From NCBI GenBank assembly GCA_043821645.1, contig JBDRCO010000134.1, forward strand, positions 60,170-124,169: a stretch of DNA of 64,000 nucleotides, given 5' to 3'. The notes below the pieces were generated by a model that was not told the DNA's origin, ran no database searches, and saw only the letters and a list, made by a program, of their open reading frames with translations. Shown piece by piece: positions 8,861-16,198 of the stretch. This DNA comes from Pseudomonadota bacterium (GTDB lineage Bacteria; Myxococcota; JACRCW01; JAFGSX01). The number at the start of each line of letters is the position of its first letter. Positions within the stretch are counted from its first letter, which is position 1. The translations under genes and the position numbers were made by a program.

Positions 8861-10153
8861 TCAGGGCCTGGCGGTCAGGGCGCGCTCGACCGCATCCTCG
8901 AACACCGCCAGGGGCTTGGCGCCGAAGATCACCTCATCGTTGATGACGAACGAGGGCGTGCCACGGAGTCCGGCAGCCCGCGCCTGCTCCTGGTGGCGCG
9001 CCAGCATGGCGCCGACCTCGGGACCCGCGGCATCGCGGCGCAGCCTCTCGACGTCGAGCCCCAGGCTCGCGGCGCGCCCGAGGACACTGGCGTCGTCGAG
9101 GGCGTCCTGGTGGGCGAACAGATCATCGTGAAGATCGAAGAAGCGCCCCTGAAGGTGCGCAGCCAGGGCCCAGCGCGCCGCGCTCGTGGCATGGGTGTGA
9201 AAGGGTAGGGGGTTCATCATCAGGCACACGCGCAGACGCTTGGGGTAGCGATCCTCGAGGGCGTCAACCGTCTGCTTGGCCATCCCACAGTAGGGGCACT
9301 CGAAGTCGGTGAAGGCGACCAGCGTGACCGGGGCATCCAGCGGGCCACGACAGGGATCCTCGCCGGCGACCGTCACTCCGCCCACCACCCGGGTCCGGCC
9401 GGGATCGGCGCTCTGGCCCTGGTGCATCGCCTGCTGTAGCGCCTGGTACACCAGCGGTCTTGACACACCGGCGGCGAGAGCCAGGTCCGCGTCGCGCAGG
9501 GCCAGGCTGAAGGCCTGCTCGAAATCCTCGAAGGGGCGCATGCCCACCACGCGGTGGCCATTGAAGAAGAAGGTCGGCGTTCCCTTGACCCCGAGCGCCA
9601 CGGCCTGCTCCTCGTCCCTGTCCACCGCCGCCAGCACGTCGTCACTCAGGCGATCGCGATCGAAGCGCTCGACGTCGACTCCCGCGTGCCGGGCATGCTG
9701 CTGCAGGTCCTCCGCGCCGAGGGCATGCTGGTGCGCAAAGGCCTTGTCGTGAAAGGGCCAGAACCGACCCTGGCGCTGCGCCGCCACGGCGGCCTCGGCG
9801 GCATCCCGGGCGAAGAAGTGCAGGGGCAGCGGTCGGTGCTTGAAGCACACGCGGAGCTCGCCGGGGTGCTGCTGCTCGAGGGTGTACAGGGTCTCCTGGG
9901 CGCGGGCGCAGTGGCTGCATTCGAAGTCCGAGAACTCGACCACCGTGACCCTCGCATCGACAGCACCGCGGCAGGGTGCCTCACCGAGTTCCACGGCGCG
10001 TCGTTCAGGATCTGCTGGCAGCTGCAGTGGCCGCGGAGCAGAGAGGGTCGCGGGCGTCGGCGAGGCGGACTCGGGAGTGGTCGCGCAGGCCAGGGCGATC
10101 CAGGGCAGGAGCCCGCTCGCCCAGACCAGCGTTCGTCGGAGGCGGGGCATCAC
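8861..10153 (-). CDS. Lipoprotein with two tandem DsbA/thioredoxin_4 domains
   Basis: AGGAG before GTG/ATG 10153/10150; lipobox-like IALAC; FSDFECSHC...GTPTFF and FTDFECPYC...GTPSFV. Confidence 0.88.
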   Translation of the reverse strand: MMPRLRRTLVWASGLLPWIALACATTPESASPTPATLSAPRPLQLPADPERRAVELGEAPCRGAVDARVTVVEFSDFECSHCARAQETLYTLEQQHPGELRVCFKHRPLPLHFFARDAAEAAVAAQRQGRFWPFHDKAFAHQHALGAEDLQQHARHAGVDVERFDRDRLSDDVLAAVDRDEEQAVALGVKGTPTFFFNGHRVVGMRPFEDFEQAFSLALRDADLALAAGVSRPLVYQALQQAMHQGQSADPGRTRVVGGVTVAGEDPCRGPLDAPVTLVAFTDFECPYCGMAKQTVDALEDRYPKRLRVCLMMNPLPFHTHATSAARWALAAHLQGRFFDLHDDLFAHQDALDDASVLGRAASLGLDVERLRRDAAGPEVGAMLARHQEQARAAGLRGTPSFVINDEVIFGAKPLAVFEDAVERALTARP

Positions 10154-10244
10154 GGGAACTCCTCTTATGAGGTGGTGGACGGGGCACCACAGCCGGGCTG
10201 AGCGCTCTGCTGGGCTCGCCCGACCACGATCGCGCAGCACAGGA

Positions 10245-11966
10245 TCAGGGGCAGGCGTCGAGGCCAAACACGGTGTTGACACGCCCTGCGGTGGGGGCGC
10301 CCCGGGAATGGCACCAGTTGCTGTCGAGATCCGGCGCGTCCGGGTTCAGGCGCTCGGCCGACACGCCCTCGACGAAGTTGTGGCTCTGGTTGTAAAGGCC
10401 CGCGGGTGCGCTGTAGCTGGTGACCAGGGGCGCCGCGGGATCATCGTCGGCACCCTGAAACAGGCCAATGGCCTTGCGCGTACTCTCGCTGTTCTCGATC
10501 CCGGACAGCAGGGTCGTGCGTGAGGTGCTCTCGTCGGTGAGCAGCAACGCCGCCTGGGGCACACCCAGGCTCACGGCGTCAAAACGATCACGTGCTCCCA
10601 CCACCGCGTAGTTGCCGGGAGCCAGGGTGGTGGGGCCTCCGCTCGCCATGGGTGCCAGATTCATGGAGGCCGAGCCGTCGAGCTTGCGTAGGCTGAAGGC
10701 CGCGAGGTCGTAGCTCTCGCTCTCCGAGGCGTTGAAGATCTCGATGAACTCGTAGTAGGGCTCCGACTCGCCCGCCGGGCCTGGCATGGGGTTGGGATAG
10801 ACCTCGTTGAGCACGAGCCGGGGCAGGCGCTGCGTGGTCAGCGGGTAAGGACCATTGATCAGTGGCGGGTTTGCGTAGGCGTCCAGGGACTCCACCGCGT
10901 AGTAGTAGGTGCGGCCGTTGCTCCCTCCGAGATCGAGGCCGTCCACCACCACCACGTGCGCACAGCGCCGGGCGGCGCCCGAACCTTCGCAGCGCGAGGC
11001 CGGGACACCCACCACGCGTCGGGTCATGGCGCTGGCCGAATCACCGATGCGAACCACCGAGGTCGAGGGCTCATCGGTCTCCCAGCGAATGTCCGCGCTG
11101 TCCTCTGAGGCCACGGCGAGTGGTCCGCTGGTCAGCCGCGGAGGCGACAGGTCGGGCTGGGGCAAGGCTTGCAGGCCGCGGGAGTAGGCGACCAGGGGGA
11201 CCCCATCCTCGTCGGTGATCGCACTGGTGGCGCGGAGTGTGTAAAGCGCGGCCGGGCACAAGGTGTAGCAGGCGCCACCGAGGTCCCCCAGGCGCAGGGT
11301 GGCCCGGGTTCGCTCGGCGTTCAGTTCGACGGCCTGTATCTCGGGTGTGGTGCCCGCGCCGTCCGCGACCAGGTTCAAGGACTGGTGGTTCACGCCGTAC
11401 ACGGGCTGGTCGAACTCGACCACGAGGGTGCGCAAGTTGGGCGGCACCTCTGCCGGGTTGCCACCGGGCAGGTCGGTGCTCACGACCTGGGGCGCACCGT
11501 CGTCGGTGACGAAGTCGTAGCGGAAGTGACTGGCCAGTCCGTCGTAGCCGACCAGCGGGTTGTTGTTCTCGTCGCTGACCTTCTCGCTGATGACCAGGGT
11601 CAGCTCGGTCGAGGGGGGCATGGGGTCGACTGGTGTCAGGCGCACGGTGGTGCTCCCGTCGGTGACGGCGAGGGTCAGCTCGAGGTGAGCCCGCGACAGG
11701 GGCGGATTGTTGAGATCGGAGATGAAGCTGTCGGTGACGCTGCTGGTCTCGGCGATGACGAGGTAGTCCGTGGTCAGGCGCAGCTTGGACATCGGCTCGC
11801 TGAAGCGGACCTCGAGGCTGTCGGTGGTGCGCACGGCGCGCGCGCCCGGCGATACCCCCACGACCCGCGGCGGAATGGCGTCTCCCGCGTCGATGTTGGT
11901 GTCGGGCAGACAGGCGCCGACCAGGAGGCCGGGCGTCACGAGCAAGACGGCGAATGCGGATCGCAT
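10245..11966 (-). CDS. Lipoprotein with Big_5 Ig-like domains, FN3/PAP-N-like domain and C-terminal lamin-tail domain
   Basis: Lipobox LVGAC; PPRVVGVSP...VRFSEPM and PQVVSTD...VEFDQPV Ig-like repeats; IRWETDEPSTSVV; LVLNEVYPNP...EFIEIFN...PTAGRVN lamin-tail motifs. Confidence 0.75.
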   Translation of the reverse strand: MRSAFAVLLVTPGLLVGACLPDTNIDAGDAIPPRVVGVSPGARAVRTTDSLEVRFSEPMSKLRLTTDYLVIAETSSVTDSFISDLNNPPLSRAHLELTLAVTDGSTTVRLTPVDPMPPSTELTLVISEKVSDENNNPLVGYDGLASHFRYDFVTDDGAPQVVSTDLPGGNPAEVPPNLRTLVVEFDQPVYGVNHQSLNLVADGAGTTPEIQAVELNAERTRATLRLGDLGGACYTLCPAALYTLRATSAITDEDGVPLVAYSRGLQALPQPDLSPPRLTSGPLAVASEDSADIRWETDEPSTSVVRIGDSASAMTRRVVGVPASRCEGSGAARRCAHVVVVDGLDLGGSNGRTYYYAVESLDAYANPPLINGPYPLTTQRLPRLVLNEVYPNPMPGPAGESEPYYEFIEIFNASESESYDLAAFSLRKLDGSASMNLAPMASGGPTTLAPGNYAVVGARDRFDAVSLGVPQAALLLTDESTSRTTLLSGIENSESTRKAIGLFQGADDDPAAPLVTSYSAPAGLYNQSHNFVEGVSAERLNPDAPDLDSNWCHSRGAPTAGRVNTVFGLDACP

Positions 11967-11985
11967 GGCAGGACCTCTCGAACTC

Positions 11986-12843
11986 TCAGTAGGGGTCGCG
12001 GCCTATCGACTTGAGCCGGCTGGAGAACTCTCCTCCGGTCAGGGCGTCGATGTCCGCGGTCAGCTCCTGCAGCCGGAGCTCCTTGCGCACGCGGTCGGCC
12101 ATCTCGGTCGGCGGGGCGAGGTCGACCTCGATCTGCAGGCGCCGCCGCTCGAAGTAGCGCCGGGTGACCTCGTCCAGCACGTCGTCACGGTAGCGTTGCA
12201 GGCGCAGCGCCTCGCGGTTGACCTTGGGCTCCTCGGGATCGAACACGGCCCGGTCCAGGTCCCAGCGTGCACGCAGGCGCATCTGCCAGTTGTCGTACTT
12301 GTACTTGGCAAAGCGATCGGGTTGGCCCACCTCCTCGAACACGCGCTCGGTGCTGTCCCAGTCCTTGACCAGGGCAGCCTCGAACTGTGGCGCGAAGGCA
12401 CGGTTGGCGGCCCGGGCGCGCCAGCCGTCGATGCGGTCCGGGTGTGCACGCGCATAGGCCACCGCGGAATCCTGCACCTCGCGGATGCTGGGTTCGCCCG
12501 CGTAGGGCTTGAGGGCGGCACGCACCTGGGAGCTGGTGACGGTGCTGCCCGGTCGCACGACCAGGGCCTGATCCTTGCCCAGCGTGATCTGACCCCGGAG
12601 CTTGGCCACCGTGCCCGCCGAGATCCCCTGCACACGTGTCAGCTCCTCGACGCTCTCGAAGGGCCCGTTGCGGTCGCGGTCGCTGACGATCTCCTCGGCC
12701 AGCTTAGGGCCGATGCCGGGGAGGGACTGCAGCTCGGACGCTCCGGCAGTGTTGATGTCGATGGTCTGGCCCCAGGCCAGGGCACTGACCAGCGTCGCGG
12801 CAAGCAGGGCGCATGGTCGAGAGCAGGTTCGGAATCGTGCCAT
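11986..12843 (-). CDS. Exported ComEA-type helix-hairpin-helix DNA-binding domain fused to a single OEP/TolC-like repeat
   Basis: GAGGAG before ATG 12843; signal peptide; IDINTAGASELQSLPGIGPKLAEEIVSDRDRNGPFESVEELTRVQGIS is canonical ComEA; C-terminal EPSIREVQ...RAFAPQF...RARWDLD...VTRRYFERRR...IDALTGG. Confidence 0.8.
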   Translation of the reverse strand: MARFRTCSRPCALLAATLVSALAWGQTIDINTAGASELQSLPGIGPKLAEEIVSDRDRNGPFESVEELTRVQGISAGTVAKLRGQITLGKDQALVVRPGSTVTSSQVRAALKPYAGEPSIREVQDSAVAYARAHPDRIDGWRARAANRAFAPQFEAALVKDWDSTERVFEEVGQPDRFAKYKYDNWQMRLRARWDLDRAVFDPEEPKVNREALRLQRYRDDVLDEVTRRYFERRRLQIEVDLAPPTEMADRVRKELRLQELTADIDALTGGEFSSRLKSIGRDPY

Positions 12844-12881
12844 CTCGTTCTCCTCGAGCGGACACCTGCCGGGCGTCCGGT

Positions 12882-14840
12882 TCAATCCACCTTGATGTTG
12901 CGGCTCCGCGCAGGGTGCGCATCATCGTCGTGCGCGTCGTCGACACGCGTTGTTCCGTCGTAGGAGACCCCGAGCACCGTCTCGGCGCCGCGTGCCCGAG
13001 CCTCCCGGGAGAAGTAGCCACCGGTGCTGGCATCGAGCTGGGCGGTGTACTCGAGCAGCTTGAGCAGACGGCGGGCCTCGATGGCGGTCTCGCGCGATCG
13101 CCGGGCCACGACCTGGGCCAGGGACCGCTGGCGCGCGGTGTAGGCGCGCATCACCCGCGATGTGATCTTGTCCCGGCGGCTGGCCAGCCTGCCCTCCTCG
13201 CGGCTCACGGCGGTCGCCTGTGAAGGAGCCAGGATGGCGTCGAAGTCCCAGCTCAGGGTTGCCCAGGCGGAGGTCACGACGCGCGAGCGCTGGTACATGG
13301 GCTCCTGGTCGTAGATATCGCCGTAAAAGTCCGCGAACTCATCCAGCACCTCGAGGCCCTGGGTCCCGCCGAGGCCCCAGCCTATACCGTCGTCCCGCAC
13401 ACGCAGATGGCGAGCCACGACATCGACGCGGGGCAGGGCGGCGGCCAGCTGTGCCCGCTGCAGCTCCCACTGTGCGCGCCGGGCCTCGACGCGATCGTAG
13501 GTGATGGCAGCCTGGACCACCTCATCGAGGGTTGGCTCGCGCTTGACCACGTCCTCATAGCGACGGCGGATCAGCTTGATGCCGCTCTGACCCGAGCCCT
13601 TGATGCGCCGGAACAGTCCGCGATCGGTGGCAGCCCAGAGCACCTGGGTGGCACGGCCATCCAGCGACACGTCCACCGCACCGTGCACGTCGCCTTCTGC
13701 CAGCAGGTTGGTGACCTCCCCGCGCTTGGGATGAAGCAGGTACAGGCCGCGCCGGGCCGCGATGGCCACCGGACCGCTGGGCTGGGCGCTCACCACCACG
13801 CGTTCGATCTGATCGTGCTCCCCCAGATCGACGGGTGTGAACAGGCTCTCTCCCATGCCAGCGCGCAGCAGGTCTCGGCCGGTGCCAACGTACAGGTCGT
13901 GGTGGTGCGGGTCGTACGCCACGCTGGACACGGGCTGGTCGCGATCACCTCCTGCCAGCAACTGCAGCAGGTAGGTGCGCCCGGCGTCATCGCTCCGGTA
14001 GAGGCCCTGTTCCGTGCCAACCAGGACGGTGCTGGTGGCGTCCGGGAGCATGAGCACGCACAGGGCGGCCTCGTGACCGGGGTGACCTGGAAGCGCTGTC
14101 CAGCTGAAGCCGCCATCGAGGCTCTCGAGGGCGCCTGCGCGGGTCGCCACGATCAGGTGCGTCGGGATGGCGGGGTTGATCGCAACATCGCGCACGTCGA
14201 GAGCGCCGCGGCCATGGGGCAGGGGCACGGCGTCGAAATGATCTCCACGATCGATCGAACGGAACAGGCCCATGGGCGTGGCTGCGTAGACCACATCGGG
14301 GTCGCCCGGGGCGAAGCGCAGGGTGCGCACACCAGGCAAGGTGCGTGCGAAGACCGGCTTCTCCTCTCCGGAGAAGGATCCGTCTGGCAGGTTGTCGTCT
14401 TCCTCGAGGTCGAGTTCGCCCGCGGGCAGACCATCGTCCAGCTCGACCTCTTCTTCCTCCTCTTCTGCCACCTCGTCGCTGTCCAGATCCTCGCGATCCA
14501 CGGTCTCGTCGCCGGTGCGAGAGGCCTCGTCGTCCGCCAGGTCCTGCAGCTGGTCCTCGAGCCTGTCCCGGTCCGCTCCGCTCAGCTGGTCGCCGGGAAG
14601 ACCGAAGCGAAAACTCAACACGATGCGCCAGGTCTCGCCGCCATCATCGGTCTTGAAGACCCGCCCATCGACACCGGCCAGGGCCAGGTCCCCGTCGCGG
14701 GGATGCACGGCCACGGCGGTGATGCGGTCGGTCTCGAGACCGTAGGTGAGGTCTGCCAGGTGATAGGCGTCTGCCGCGCCGAGGGACAGCACCCACAGCC
14801 AGGCTCCCAGTACCGCCCCCATGCGCCACAGCCGTCTCAT
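12882..14840 (-). CDS. Exported BNR/Asp-box beta-propeller protein with acidic insert and C-terminal single OEP/TolC-like repeat
   Basis: Signal peptide; Asp-boxes KTDDGGETW, RSIDRGDHF, ESLDGGFSW, RSDDAGRTY; C-terminal EPTLDEVVQAA...AAALPRV...LSWDFD...VMRAYTARQR...LDASTGG, paralogous to the neighbour's C-terminus. Confidence 0.72.
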   Translation of the reverse strand: MRRLWRMGAVLGAWLWVLSLGAADAYHLADLTYGLETDRITAVAVHPRDGDLALAGVDGRVFKTDDGGETWRIVLSFRFGLPGDQLSGADRDRLEDQLQDLADDEASRTGDETVDREDLDSDEVAEEEEEEVELDDGLPAGELDLEEDDNLPDGSFSGEEKPVFARTLPGVRTLRFAPGDPDVVYAATPMGLFRSIDRGDHFDAVPLPHGRGALDVRDVAINPAIPTHLIVATRAGALESLDGGFSWTALPGHPGHEAALCVLMLPDATSTVLVGTEQGLYRSDDAGRTYLLQLLAGGDRDQPVSSVAYDPHHHDLYVGTGRDLLRAGMGESLFTPVDLGEHDQIERVVVSAQPSGPVAIAARRGLYLLHPKRGEVTNLLAEGDVHGAVDVSLDGRATQVLWAATDRGLFRRIKGSGQSGIKLIRRRYEDVVKREPTLDEVVQAAITYDRVEARRAQWELQRAQLAAALPRVDVVARHLRVRDDGIGWGLGGTQGLEVLDEFADFYGDIYDQEPMYQRSRVVTSAWATLSWDFDAILAPSQATAVSREEGRLASRRDKITSRVMRAYTARQRSLAQVVARRSRETAIEARRLLKLLEYTAQLDASTGGYFSREARARGAETVLGVSYDGTTRVDDAHDDDAHPARSRNIKVD

Positions 14841-14986
14841 CGGTCCTCTGTATTCGCGTCGTCGACGAACTCGCGCTGCTTGAGCGTACGGGAGCCGAGG
14901 TCCCGACGTCAACTGGCGCAAGGGTCTCCCACGATTCTGGCCTTGAGAGAGGTGAATGGACGTCGCGGCCGCGCTACAGTGATTCC

Positions 14987-16198
14987 ATGCGTCTCCCTTT
15001 CACTCTGGTCGCGCTTGTGTCGGCAGCCTGTGCGCCACCGCCACAGCTGGTGGCCGTGGAGCCCACCCAGGGACCCACCGCGCAGGAGGTGGCCCTTGTG
15101 GTGACCGGGCACGACCTGGTGCCTGGCCTGACGCTCGAACTCGTGGGTCAAGCCTTTCGATTCGCGCTCCGCGTCGACGAGGTGGCTGCGGACCAGGTGC
15201 GGGCCGTCATCCCTGCGGGAGTGGACGCTGCCCGCTACGACCTGGTGGTCCGCAATCCAGACGGCGCAGACGACAGGCTGGCCGCGGCCTACCAGGCGGT
15301 GGACGCGGTGCTCACGGTGGTGGTGCTGGATGTGGGGCAGGGCGCGTCTCTGCTCGCGGTGGGCAGCGACGGCAGCAGCCTGCTGGTGGATGGGGGCAAG
15401 GAGGGACGCGCCGCCTCGGTGTTGCGCCCGGCATTGGCGCGCTACAGCCAGGGCCAACTCGATACGGTGGTGGTCACCCATTTTGACGTGGACCACATGG
15501 GTGGCATCGCTGAGTGGATGGAGGGGCCGGATGGCCTGGCCGGGACGGACGACGATCCCGCGCTCCCGGGCGGGCTGTGGGACAACGGCGGAGCAGCGGA
15601 CTGCACCACCGACATCTGCCGGCGCTACCGCGTGGCCGCCGCCGGTCGCGCGCACACCATCGTGCCGGGACAGACCTTCGCCCTTGGCGCGGCCTCGGCG
15701 CGCTGCGTGATCGTGGGTGGCCACATCGAGGGTGGGCCACAGCTCAGCCCGGCCGATGACAATGCGTCCAGCGTCGGGCTGCTGTTCGAGATGGCTGGGA
15801 AAAGAGTGCTGGTGAGTGGCGACCTGCCTGGCGGTGGCCTGGGAAGCCAGGACTTCGAGACGCCCCTGGCGCAGGTCCTCGGGCCCATCGACGTGTGGCA
15901 CCTCAACCACCACGGATCCGCAACAGCCACGGCCCAGAGCGCGCTCGACCTGCATGCCCCACGGCTCGCCCTGATCCCCGTCGACACCGATAACGCGTAC
16001 TGCCACCCCGCCCAGGAGGTGGTGGACAGGCTGCAGGTGCGCGCGCTGCCGGTGTACCTCACGGGGGCTGGCACGGTCACACCCTCGACGGCCTGTCCTC
16101 AGACCACGCAGCTCGGACCGCAGATGAAGGTTGTCGGGGAGATCCGGCTCGAGATCGACGCCGCGGGCGCGCTGACGGTCAACGGCGCGCCGCTCTGA
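14987..16198 (+). CDS. Lipoprotein: IPT/TIG-like domain plus ComEC/Rec2-type metallo-beta-lactamase (putative nuclease)
   Basis: Lipobox SAAC; LDVGQG, LVDGG, THFDVDHMGG, NASSV, SGDL, HHGS, NAYCHPAQEV are the ComEC MBL-domain motifs; no Competence membrane domain. Confidence 0.82.
   Translation: MRLPFTLVALVSAACAPPPQLVAVEPTQGPTAQEVALVVTGHDLVPGLTLELVGQAFRFALRVDEVAADQVRAVIPAGVDAARYDLVVRNPDGADDRLAAAYQAVDAVLTVVVLDVGQGASLLAVGSDGSSLLVDGGKEGRAASVLRPALARYSQGQLDTVVVTHFDVDHMGGIAEWMEGPDGLAGTDDDPALPGGLWDNGGAADCTTDICRRYRVAAAGRAHTIVPGQTFALGAASARCVIVGGHIEGGPQLSPADDNASSVGLLFEMAGKRVLVSGDLPGGGLGSQDFETPLAQVLGPIDVWHLNHHGSATATAQSALDLHAPRLALIPVDTDNAYCHPAQEVVDRLQVRALPVYLTGAGTVTPSTACPQTTQLGPQMKVVGEIRLEIDAAGALTVNGAPL

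Noticed and set aside
14987-16198. Full-length comEC or an antibiotic beta-lactamase
   Set aside because: It lacks the multi-TM Competence domain, and the motifs (DVGQG, HHGS, N-Y-HP) are ComEC-MBL type, not class B beta-lactamase.
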